From assembly GCA_038141525.1 (NCBI GenBank), contig JAYQIF010000006.1:28021-92020 (forward strand): 64,000 bases of DNA, given 5' to 3'. Below the pieces are notes generated by a model. That model did no database searches. It saw nothing but the letters and a program-made list of their open reading frames with translations, and was not told where the DNA came from. Positions 32,901 through 43,300 of this stretch are shown here, piece by piece. Source of the DNA: Flavobacteriaceae bacterium. Its GTDB lineage: Bacteria; Bacteroidota; Bacteroidia; Flavobacteriales; Flavobacteriaceae. The position numbers and the translations under genes are program-made. Numbering within the stretch: the first letter of the stretch is position 1; each line of letters opens with the position of its first letter.

Positions 32901-35723
32901 GATGGTGTCTCCGTAGTAGGCACTGATGCTTTGCTTTTAGTCTCTACTCCTGGAACCTATACCGTAACTGTCACTGGAACTAATGGATGTTCGGATACAG
33001 CCTCTGTTGTAATTACTCAGGATGTGACTCTGCCTATTCCTGCTATTACCAATAATACAGGAGTGAGTGAGCTTACTTGTTCTGTGACTGAGATCAGCCT
33101 TACCGCTAGTGGTGGAGATGCCTACTCTTGGAGTGATGGTACTTCAGTGGTGGGCACTGATACTTCTTTGATTGTCTCTGTTCCAGGAACCTATACTGTG
33201 ACCGTCACTGGAGCCAATGGATGTTCTGATACAGATTTTGTTGTAATCACTCAGGATGTGACTCTGCCTACTCCTGTAATTACCAACAACACCGGGGTTA
33301 CAGAACTCACCTGTTAGTGACTGAGATCAGTCTTACCGCCAGTGGTGGGGATGCCTACTCTTGGAGTGATGGTGTCTCTGTGGTGGGGACTGATGCTTAC
33401 TTGCTTGTCTCTGCTACCTGGAACCTATACCGTGATTGTAACTGGTAGCTAATGGATGTTCTGATACAGATTTTGTTGTAATTACTCAAGATGATGTCGA
33501 TTTGATGCAGCCCCCATCTCTGGCGGTGATCAAAGTGCTTGTGCACTTAGATCCGGTTCAAACTTTGACCGCTTCAGCCTCTGTGGTTAATGCCGGAGAG
33601 ACACTTACCTGGTATGATGCGCCTACCGCAGGTAATGTGGTTTTAGATCCAAGTCTATCCGTTATCGGTAGTATTACTTATTACGCTGAGGCTAGTGATG
33701 ATACATCGGGGTGTGTTTCTTTATCTCGTACTGTTGTTACCCTAGAGATTTTTGCTGTGCCTGATGCACCTATCTCTGGCGGTAATCAAAGTGCTTGTGC
33801 GCTAGACCCGGTTCAAACTTTAACCGCTTCTGCTTCGGTTAATGCCGGAGAGACCCTTACTTGGTATGATGCGCCTTCAGGGGGTAATGTAGTTTTAGAT
33901 CCAAGTCTATCCGTTATCGGTAGTATAACCTACTATGCTGAGGCCAGTGATGATATAACAGGGTGCGTGTCTCTTACGCGCACTGCAGTGAGTTTAGAGA
34001 TTTTAGAAACGCCTACTGCCGTAATTACCAACAACACTGGAGTGACAGAACTCACCTGTTCTAGTCACTGAGATTAGCCTTACTGCTAGTGGTGGAGATG
34101 CCTACTCTTGGAGTGATGGTGTCTCCGTAGTAGGCACTGATGCACTACTGCTTGTATCTACTCCTGGAACCTACACCGTGACTGTAACTGGTGCCAATGG
34201 ATGTTTTGATACAGATTTTGTTGTAATTACTCAGGATGTTACTCTGCCTATTCCTGCTATTACCAACAACACTGGAGTGACAGAGCTTACCTGCTCTGTG
34301 ACTGAGATCAGCCTTACCGCCAGCGGTGGAGATGCCTACTCATGGAGTGATGGCACAACCGTAGTGGGCACTGATGTGGCGGATCTTCTTGTCTCTGACC
34401 CTGGAACCTATACTGTGACCGTCACTGGAGCCAATGGATGTTCTGATACAGCCTCTATCGAGATTACTCAAGATATTAGTCCTCCTGCCGCCCCCATCTC
34501 TGGTGGGGATCAAACGGCCTGTGAACTAGACCCTATTCAGACCCTAACCGCGAACGGCAAGCGTGAGAGCCGGAGAAACCCTAAGCTGGTATGACGCCCA
34601 AACTGGAGGAAACATAATCACAGACCCAAGCCTTTCAAACATTGGTATTATCACCTATTACGCTGAGGCAACAAACGACCTAACAGGGTGTATTTCTGAA
34701 ACGCGCACCCCGGTCACCCTTGAAATTATCCCAGCCCCTCAGGCGCCGATCGCCGAGGCGGAACAAACCTTTTGTAATGCTTCCACCGTTGCGGACCTCA
34801 TCGCTCAAGGAGAAAACCTATTATGGTACTCAGAGCCTCAAGGAGGCGCGGCAATTAACCCAGCCACATACCTGATCAATGGCAATACTTATTACGGATC
34901 GCAAACCGTCAATGGCTGTGAAAGCCTTACACGCACCAGCGTTCAAATCTTTATCGATGCTCCTGAACCGCCAGATGGACAAGCGCAACAAATCTTTTGT
35001 AACCAAGGGACTCTTGCCGACATCGAACTCACCGGCGCGGATATAATTTGGTATGCTTCAGCACAAGGCGGTGACGCTCTGCCATTGGATTATGTACTAG
35101 AAAGTGGCGCAACCTACCACGCCGCCCAACAAGTTGATGGTTGCGAAAGTGTCTTAAGGTTTGCGGTGAATATCATTTTACAGCAACCAGAACCCCCTAT
35201 CGCAGAAGCCTGAGCAGACTACTTGTGACTTGGCTAGAATTCGTGACTTGAGATTGAAGGGGAAAATATTATTTGGTACGATAGTCCTTCTGGCGGCCAA
35301 AGCCTTTCTGAAGATACTTTGCTGACCCAAAATGCGACTTACTATGCCTCTCAGATCATTGGCGGCTGTGAGAGTCAAGAGCGCACGGCAGTTCAGGTTA
35401 ACTTATTTGCTTGCACCATAAAAATATACAACGCCATTTCGGTCAATGGCAACGGTCAAAACGACTTTTTAATTATAGAAAACATTGAGTTTTACCCCAT
35501 CAATACTTTGGAAATTTACTCCAGAGATGGCGATTTAGTTTACACCCAAAACGCCTATGGCACAAACGGCAATATCTTCCGCGGATTTGCTAACGTAGAT
35601 GGTGTTTTCGGGCCTGATAATCCGCTACCGACAGGGACGTATATGTATGTGTTTACCTATTTGGACCCTTTCCGTGAAGAGAGTAGTACTTTAAAAGGAT
35701 TCCTAACCTTAAATAGCAATTGA
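29974..35723 (+). pseudogene. Giant T9SS type-B cell-surface adhesin gene, about 1900 codons. Domain order: signal peptide, Ig-like repeat, C-type lectin domain, 17 or more Ig-like repeats, gliding-motility-associated C-terminal domain. The frame is broken at least 12 times in this assembly.
   Basis: The signal peptide MRHINLFIFLLLGFSWNSIAQ starts from GTG 29974. The C-type lectin domain spans about 30361-30717, with WYPGEPNN (EPN at 30610-30618) and GLWVDV. Repeat types A (ISGGDQSACALDPVQ..TWYDAP..GCVS) and B (ITNNTGVTELTC..SLTASGGDAYSWSDG..GTYTVTVTG.NGCSDT) follow. The C-terminus IYNAISVNGNGQNDFLIIENIEFYP..LEIYSRDG..GTYMYVF matches the T9SS type-B sorting domain. Fragments are ORFs 29974..30903, 31062..33317, 33502..34071, 34178..34594, 34563..35213 and 35319..35723. 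Confidence 0.8.
30868..34740 (+). repeat. Coding tandem repeats: B units of 234 bp, A units of about 240-252 bp, and a 1209-bp higher-order unit
   Basis: The attaccaa(c/t)aacac anchor recurs at 31605, 31839 and 32073 (234-bp steps). The atctctggcggt anchor recurs at 32307 and 32559 (252-bp step) and again at 33516 (1209 bp after 32307). Blocks 32281-33170 and 33490-34380 are near-identical. Confidence 0.9.
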
Positions 35724-36666
35724 TGCGCTACTTGTATAAATTAGGAATACTGACCTTTATGCTCTTCACATTCCTATCCTCTTGGGGGCAGTCCGGGCTA
35801 AAACTAACGGATTATTACCACAATCCGATTCTTTACAATCCTGCCTATGTGGGCGTAACGGAAGGATATTTTGTCAAAGCTTTTTATGCCACGCAATGGC
35901 TAGGCTTTGATCAAGCGCCTACTTCTCAAGTCCTCGATTTTCAAAGACTAACAAAGGATGAAAAAACAGGATATGGACTTTCGATTTTTAACGATAAATT
36001 CGGGGCAGTCCAAAACACTAATTTCGAACTGAATTACGCCTTGCATCTCGAACTAGACGACACCCAAAAACTTTCTCTAGGCCTTAAAGCAGGGGTGAAT
36101 AGCTTCCAAATTGACTACAGTCTTCTGGATATTTACGACCCAACCGAAATTGTATACGCCCAGGGGAATCTCTCAGAAAAAAGACCTATTGTGGGCGTAG
36201 GGGCCTATCTCTATGATCAAGATTGGTTTGTCGGCTTTTCTTCACCGAATCTTTTGAACAGCGAAAAAATCTCTGAAGACAATACTTTTGTTTACAGCAA
36301 AACAAGTCATTTTTACCTTCAAGGAGGTTATATTTACCCCTTAGTGACGACTTTATTTGGCACAATAGCCTGCTTTTACAAATGGTAAGTGGATCGCCGT
36401 TGGAGTATCTTGTCACGAGTCGGGCGACCTATCAATATCGCTACAGTTTGGGCTTACAATATAATCCTGGCGCTTTGCTCGGTGCTTTTCTCAGCGCAGA
36501 GGTTTTTGACGGCATGAGCCTCACTTATGCCTATGATGTGGGAACAGGCCCGCTCTCAAAATATTCCTATGGCAATCATAGTTTCGGAATCTCCTATGAA
36601 ATTCTCGGCCGACTGAATTGGAATCAGCGTCTGGAAGACTTGCGCAAACCATTTATGGTTCGCTAA
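35723..36666 (+). CDS. PorP/SprF-family T9SS membrane protein (cognate partner of the upstream type-B cargo); frame broken in assembly
   Basis: The ATG overlaps the adhesin TGA (tgATG). Signal peptide, then YYHNPILYNPAYVG, the family's N-terminal signature. ORFs 35720..36388 and 36382..36666 join if the C4 run 36337-36340 gains one C (..GYIYPLSDDFIWHNSLLLQMVSGSPLEY..). Confidence 0.8.
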
Positions 36667-36680
36667 TAACTTTGGCGAGG

Positions 36681-37646
36681 CTACTGTTTTTTCAGACCCT
36701 CAATCATGGCCAAAACCATAGCCGGAAGATCATATTTTGGTGCCCAGCCCCAATCCTTTCGTGCAGCACTGTCATCGATGCTGTTGGGCCAAGAATCGGC
36801 AATTTTCTGCCTAAAATCCGGGGTATAATCGATGGTAAATCCAGGAATTTCCTCAGCGATGGTCTGAGCCAAAGTTTGTGGATCAAAACTCACCCCTGCT
36901 AAATTATAGGCCCCGCGCTCTTTGATTTGCTCTGACTCAGCAGCCATAAGCTCATGCGTAGCGCGAATCGCATCCTCCATATACATCATCGGAAGCTCAG
37001 TATGGGCTGATAAAAAGCAACTGTAGTGTTTTTCATTCAGGGCTTTGTGAAAAATATCAATCGCATAATCGGTTGTGCCACCACCCGGTGGTGCTGTGTA
37101 ACTGATCAGTCCCGGATAACGCAAACTTCGGACGTCCACCCCGTAATTTTTGTGATAATAAGCACACCATCGTTCTCCAGTTTGCTTACTGATCCCGTAA
37201 ACGGTAGTGGGCTCCATAACCGTCTTTTGTGGGGTATTGTCTGCAGGCGTCGTAGGCCCAAAAACCGCAATACTCGAAGGCCAAAACACACGCTGGATTA
37301 GGCCATCCTTAGCGGCCTCCAAAACGTGAAACAAACTATTCATGTTTAAATCCCAAGCCTTCATTGGCGCTTTTTCGGCTGTAGCAGAAAGCATTGCGGC
37401 CATCAAATAAACCTGAGTGATTTCAAATTCTTGAATTATTGAGCGCAGCGCCTGGCCATCAAGCGCATCGAGCTGTCGGTAAGGCCCATTTTGAGAAATT
37501 TCATCGGACGCTGGTTGTATGTCGCTCGCAATGACGTTATCCCTGCCGTAGATAATGCGCAAGTATTGGGTCAGTTCCGTACCGATTTGGCCGAGAGCGC
37601 CAACGATGAGTATACGAGTAAGTGGCATGGTCGTTAGTTTGATCAA
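36681..37646 (-). CDS. tdh: NAD-dependent epimerase/dehydratase-family L-threonine 3-dehydrogenase (short-chain type)
   Basis: ILIVGALGQIGTEL Rossmann motif and a YGISK catalytic Yxxx K. 321 aa. Overall resemblance to UDP-glucose-epimerase-like TDHs of flavobacteria (recognition by eye). Confidence 0.6.
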   Translation of the reverse strand: MIKLTTMPLTRILIVGALGQIGTELTQYLRIIYGRDNVIASDIQPASDEISQNGPYRQLDALDGQALRSIIQEFEITQVYLMAAMLSATAEKAPMKAWDLNMNSLFHVLEAAKDGLIQRVFWPSSIAVFGPTTPADNTPQKTVMEPTTVYGISKQTGERWCAYYHKNYGVDVRSLRYPGLISYTAPPGGGTTDYAIDIFHKALNEKHYSCFLSAHTELPMMYMEDAIRATHELMAAESEQIKERGAYNLAGVSFDPQTLAQTIAEEIPGFTIDYTPDFRQKIADSWPNSIDDSAARKDWGWAPKYDLPAMVLAMIEGLKKQ

Positions 37647-37715
37647 AGATACATATTTCGACAGGCAACTTTTGATTTTTTACGCCGCAGAAAAGCAAAG
37701 TCTTATCTTTACCCC

Positions 37716-38239
37716 ATGAAAGGTAGTGTTCACATTGTGTTGCTTATCGGATTGCTTGCTCTGCATACCCTTAGTGGTTGCCAGGAGAAGACTACAGTTC
37801 TGAGACTGAGCCAATCATTGAAGCGGAACAAATGTTTTGTCAAACCCCGTTTAGTTTCCCTGGATTAATCCCCAAAGCCCAAGAGATCATCACAGATTGG
37901 CCCGTATTTAATGACTTTAGGAGAATTTCACAAAACCTCATCAATATCCCGGTTGAAGATTTAAAATACCGCAGTAATAACCTGCGTCTTCAAACAGATT
38001 CCTTATCGGTTACCGTTCCGGCAGCATTGCAATCGCCTATCATTAATGCCAGACTTCTTGTGGTCAAAACCCGCATAAGCTTACTTAATCAAGAAACAAA
38101 AAAATCAGTCCCGGATTCTACGGTCATAGAAAATCGATTACTCGAATTACACCGAAGTATTCGCGAATTCATTTTGCACATCAACGAGAAAATAGAAAAA
38201 GACCTACTCGATAAAAAAGGCATACAATCCGCAGGATAA
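37716..38239 (+). CDS. Lipoprotein, unknown function; frame broken in assembly
   Basis: ATG 37716 encodes MKGSVHIVLLIGLLALHTLSG-C (lipobox) and then runs out of frame. ORF 37778..38239 continues in another frame from about 37785-37795 (..GCQE/EDYSSETEP..). Confidence 0.5.
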
Positions 38240-38269
38240 CCCGAGCAATCGTCCCGGCAAAAAGTCAAT

Positions 38270-39013
38270 ATGAAACTCTTTAAGAACATCCGTCTTGGTT
38301 TAACCGCTTACTCAGAAGCCCTCGGACTGATCAGGCGACTCAGACTTTGGACGTTTATGGCCATTCCCTTGGGGATTAGTCTGGTGGTCACTCTCAGCGT
38401 GAGTACTCTAGCCTGGCAAACTAAATCTGTGGTCAGCGATTATTTTAAAGGCTTTTGGCCATGGGCTTTGGGCGCAGATTTTATGGCAAATCTTGGCGGG
38501 ATTCTGGGGTCCGTTGGCGTTTTGCTTATGGGTTTTATCATGACCAAATACTTGGTTTTGGCCCTGAGTGCGCCATTTATGAGTGCCGTCGCTGAAAAAA
38601 TCAGAACGCATCTCAGACCCGAACTTGAGCCTCAAGGGGACAATAACTTTTGGGCCCTGCTTTGGCGAGGCCTTAGACTAAACTTAGGAAATTTGGCTCG
38701 TGAAGTTGCGCTCACCCTCTTACTTTTGATATTTAGCTTTATTCCGCCTTTTGGCCTGATTACCACACCCCTTTTATTTTTAATCCAAGCCTATTTTGTG
38801 GGCGTAGGTAATATGGACTATAGTTTGGAAGCTTTTTTTAACTACAGTCAAAGCAAAAGTTTTCTCAATCAATATCGCGGTTTGGCCTTAGGCAACGGAA
38901 TTCTTTTTAACTTATTGGCGCTCATTCCTTTTGTTGGGGTCATTATCGTCTTACCGCTTTCGGTCAGCGCCGCTGCCATTGTCGTTCTTGAGACACACCG
39001 ATCTCGAAAATAG
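38270..39013 (+). CDS. EI24/CysZ-like membrane protein
   Basis: Four to five TM helices and the motif ALSAPFMSAVAEKI typical of flavobacterial EI24-domain proteins. Confidence 0.6.
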   Translation: MKLFKNIRLGLTAYSEALGLIRRLRLWTFMAIPLGISLVVTLSVSTLAWQTKSVVSDYFKGFWPWALGADFMANLGGILGSVGVLLMGFIMTKYLVLALSAPFMSAVAEKIRTHLRPELEPQGDNNFWALLWRGLRLNLGNLAREVALTLLLLIFSFIPPFGLITTPLLFLIQAYFVGVGNMDYSLEAFFNYSQSKSFLNQYRGLALGNGILFNLLALIPFVGVIIVLPLSVSAAAIVVLETHRSRK

Positions 39014-39053
39014 AGGATAGCCAAATCCACAATTAACACCCACTTATGCTACA

Positions 39054-40217
39054 ATGAAAAGTCTTAAAAAAATCATCAGCATCTTGCTCATCAGTGTCGT
39101 ATCCATAGTGTTACTGGCCTATGCCACAAATACGGATTACCTGTTAAAGGCCGTGCGCACTATTTATCTAAAAGGGCATGTTACAGGCTTTTTGGATGAT
39201 TACCATGAGTTTGATAACCGAACTATCGCTGCAGGCCCGGTTAAATATTCTTGGCCAAAGCACGGACTTTATAATACAACGAGCGCCTCGGAACGTCTTG
39301 AGCAAAAGCACCAAGAAATGGGGACGATCGCTTTTGTAGTGATCAAAAACGACAGTGTTTTTTACGAGCAATATTACCAGGGGTATTCTGACAGCTCGAA
39401 TACGAATTCTTTTTCAATGGTCAAAAGTATGGTCTCAGGTTTGCTCGGTAAATCCATCATGAACGGGGCCATCAAAAGTTTAGATCAACCCGTGGGAGAT
39501 TTTTTCCCGGAATTTAGTCAAGGCCTCGCTGCGCAAACCACTGTGGGCGATCTGGCCTCTATGTCTTCGGGTACAAACTGGGACGAGGCGTATTACTCGC
39601 CGCTTTCTATCACGACCCGGGCTTATTTTGACGATCATCTGCGCGAGGTCATTTTGAATTTAAAAGTTGTGGACACTCCTGGGCAAAAGTTCAAATATGC
39701 CAGTGGAGATACGCAGCTCTTGGGTATGGTTTTAGAAAAAGCCAATGGTAAAACCTTAAGCCAGCAATTGACCGAGTATTTCTGGCAGCCTATGGGTGCC
39801 GAGCACGATGCCTATTGGCAGCTGGACTCGGAGGAATCTGGTATTGAAAAAGCTTATTGCTGTTTGGCCTCAAATGCCCTTGATTTTGCGCGTTTTGGCA
39901 AACTTTATAAAGACAAAGGCAACTGGATGGGTACCCAAATTTTGGACAGTGCTTATGTGGCCAAAAGTATCAGCCCACGTTTTGAGGACTCCCCTCAATA
40001 CGGCTATGGGTGGTGGATGCACAGTCATATGGGACACGATTTCTTTATGATGAAAGGCCACCTCGGGCAGTATGTTATGGTCAATCCAAAAGACAATGTC
40101 ATCATTGTTCGTTTAGGTCATTTACACTCCAAAAGAGAACAAAACCGAGATTTTGGCGATGATATTCCTGTTTATATCGAAGAAGCCTATCAGATACTCG
40201 ATCAGGCTGGAATTTAA
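39054..40217 (+). CDS. Serine hydrolase of the beta-lactamase (class C-related) family
   Basis: N-terminal TM/signal anchor and an SxxK motif (FSMVKS). 387 aa. Confidence 0.7.
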   Translation: MKSLKKIISILLISVVSIVLLAYATNTDYLLKAVRTIYLKGHVTGFLDDYHEFDNRTIAAGPVKYSWPKHGLYNTTSASERLEQKHQEMGTIAFVVIKNDSVFYEQYYQGYSDSSNTNSFSMVKSMVSGLLGKSIMNGAIKSLDQPVGDFFPEFSQGLAAQTTVGDLASMSSGTNWDEAYYSPLSITTRAYFDDHLREVILNLKVVDTPGQKFKYASGDTQLLGMVLEKANGKTLSQQLTEYFWQPMGAEHDAYWQLDSEESGIEKAYCCLASNALDFARFGKLYKDKGNWMGTQILDSAYVAKSISPRFEDSPQYGYGWWMHSHMGHDFFMMKGHLGQYVMVNPKDNVIIVRLGHLHSKREQNRDFGDDIPVYIEEAYQILDQAGI

Positions 40218-40223
40218 TGGATT

Positions 40224-40253
40224 AAAAAATGCGGGCCAAGGCCCGCATTTTTT
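40224..40253. terminator. Bidirectional rho-independent terminator
   Basis: aaaaaa-tgcgggcc-aa-ggcccgca-tttttt, between convergent genes. Confidence 0.75.
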
Positions 40254-40320
40254 GCTTTGCATTATCTATAAATTGTCATGAAGCCCTCTAAGTAAAAACT
40301 TTTTTCGAGAACCGAACTAC

Positions 40321-43300
40321 TTACTCCTTCACAAAGGACTTAATCTGTCGCTCATCATCATCATACACCTCAAATACATAGATTCCAGAAGGCAGTGATT
40401 TCACATCGACTGTACCATCCCCAATGACACCTTGCTGTACTTTTTGACCTAAAACAGAATAGATGGTATAAGTACTCTCTTGACTAAGTCCACTCATGGC
40501 GACATTGATGTGTGCCTTGGCCGGTACAGGAGCAAGGGTCAATTCGTCAAATTCTGAACCACCCCAATCATCTCCCAAATCACGGGTCTGCATCGGCACG
40601 AGGCCCTCCATTAGGTTATTGGCTGGATCTCCAGTAATGACGACACAATCGATATAGACTTGGTCATTATTGCTCGAGGCGTCATTTTGCAATCTAAACG
40701 AAATATTATTTGGGTTGCTAAAGTTAACCGTATCGAATAGAACTGTTGCTTCATAGACAGTTCCATTATCCACATCGGTCCCAAAGACATACTGAGCGGC
40801 CATAGTCCAAGATCCGTTTCCGTCACGAACCATGAGCCAAAAGTCTTCACCGTTATTCATCCCAACACCCACAAACAAAAATCTAAAACTAAAGGTGGTA
40901 TGTGCTGATAAATCCTGACTCGCCAGGGTTGTTGAGGATTGAACGCCGGAGTTATCACGAATACGAATCGATGAAGTACCTTCGGCACTATAAGTTCCCG
41001 AATAGAATTGACAGTCTCGACCGCCGTCTTGCCATAGACCCCAGCCACCCTCAAAACACTCTTCATGAACCACAACACTATTGCTGGCTTCATTCACATT
41101 GACCACTCGCGTAACCGAAGTTGTATTAGACGAACTATCTGTAACAGAATAGGTCAAAGTATTTGCGCCAACCACAGAAGTGTCTACTGATCCGGTGACC
41201 ACAACACTATTGCTAATATCGCCATCGACATTATCTGTCGCGATATAGCCCGGTTCAACATAAGTGTCCCCAACGGTAAGTTCCATTGGATTGGCCCCTA
41301 GGAGTGTTAGTTCTGGAGGTGTAGCATCTGCGATTACATTGACGCGACGATTGATCGATGCTTGATTACCCGCTGCATCTGTTACCGAATAATTAATGGT
41401 ATAAACATCGGCGATAGCCGTGTTCACAAATCCAACTGTCTGAATGTCCGCCGTTAAATCTCCGTCGGCGTTGTCTAGTGCCGTAGCCCCCGGTTCGTTA
41501 TAAACTCCGCCCAGCGCAATATCCATGGGGTTATCCCCATTCAACGTGATCACTGGAGCAATCCTGTCCAGAACTACATTTACCGTTCTGGTAGCCGTGG
41601 CCGAGTTTCCTGCTGAATCGGATACAGAGTAGGTCCTCTGGTACGTTCCTTCAGTTGCCGTATCTACAACACCACTGATTTGAATGTCTGCAGATAGGTC
41701 CCCATCAACATTATCAAAAGCGGTAGCCCCTGGCTCACTGTAAGTCTGATTCAAATAGACCTCCATTGGATTGGCTCCGTTAAGCGTGATCACTGGAGCG
41801 GTTGTGTCTGCTTCCACAATAACCGCACGATCAACGCTGGCTGTATTTCCAGCTGAATCAGATACCGTATAGGTTCTGGTATATGTTCCAGGAATCGATG
41901 TGTCTACCACTCCCGTAGGGACTATTGCACTGGTTAAGTCTCCATCGATATTGTCTGTAGCCGTTGCCCATGGATCGCTAAAAGTATCCCCGACCATCAA
42001 GTTCATCGGATTAGCCCCGTTTAAGGTGATCACTGGAGGTACGGTATCCGGCCCGCCTAAATCGCCAATAATAATCACCGCATCAATATAGATGTCATCC
42101 GGGTTACTCGAGGCATCACAATAAAATCTGAATCCAGAATTAGTAGAGAAATTTTGAAACTCAGTGGCATTTAAAGTGATCTCATCGCTGTAAAAACCAT
42201 TTCCATTGAATTCAAATCCACTACGCCATTGACCTATGGTAGTATATTGTGATCCATCGAAGTATTGTAAAAAGAAATCTTCGTTAAATTCCATACTTCG
42301 TGCGTAATAATGGAAAGATAGCGTTACGGTCTCATAAGGCGTTAAATCAAGGCCCTGTAATCTCATCGAAGAAGCACTTCCTGAATTATCCTGAATGTTT
42401 ATGGCTGCGATACCTTCAAAAGCATAAGTGCCTCCCGTATAGCGACTACAATCGCTTCCGCCATCGATCCAGCCGTCCCAGCCAGACTTCAAAATAGCCC
42501 TCGTGTATGGTAACGGTTGTGGCACATGGTGCGCAATCAGGTCCTCCACAATCAACACCTGTTTCTTGACCGTTTTGAATACCGTCATCACAGGTTGGCA
42601 GTGGCTCAAGCGTTCTGGCTGAGGCCTCAGTACTCCATGCAGAGAAATTTCCTGCCGCGTCAAAAGCACGTACTTGATAGGTATATACTGTATTGGAATT
42701 TAGCCCAGTTCGGACCGTAAAAGTGGTGGTGAAGGTCCCTTGAGACTGTCCATTTTGACGTAATTCATAGCCCGTAACCCCTACGTTATCGTTAGAAGGG
42801 TTCCAGCTCACATCAAGTGTAGACTCTGAGGGGTTAGATACGATAAGTTCGGTTGGCACACTTGGCGCCTGAGTATCTGGCGGGTCTTGTGTTGTAACGC
42901 TTAGCGCAGTACTCAAATTAGACACGTTACCGGCCGCATCATAAGCCGATACCTGAACCGAATATGTCGTGCTCGGACTGAGACCTTCAAACAAAAAGTT
43001 TGTTGTTGACGAAGTACCTCCCGGCTGACCATCGAGATATAAGTTGTAACCTACCACCCCGACATTGTCCGAGGCAGGCGACCACGAGAGTAAAAAGGTA
43101 GTGTCGGTAATACTCGAGGCGCTCAGGTTTGTCGGAACAGTAGGGGCCTCTGTATCTGGTGGCGGAGCCAAAGTGGTCACCGAAAGCACGGAGGTTTGTG
43201 CGCTGTAATTACTCGCTGCATCATAGGCCCGAACGCTAAAACCATAAGTAGTATCTGGACTAAGACCACTGACACTGTAGTTAGTTGTCGCCGTTGTGCC

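Noticed and set aside
30868-34740. Regularly spaced near-identical repeats, which could be mistaken for a CRISPR array or a non-coding satellite.
   Set aside because: The period is 234-252 bp with no unique spacers. Every unit translates in frame into Ig-like adhesin modules, bounded by a signal peptide and a T9SS sorting domain. These are coding tandem repeats.
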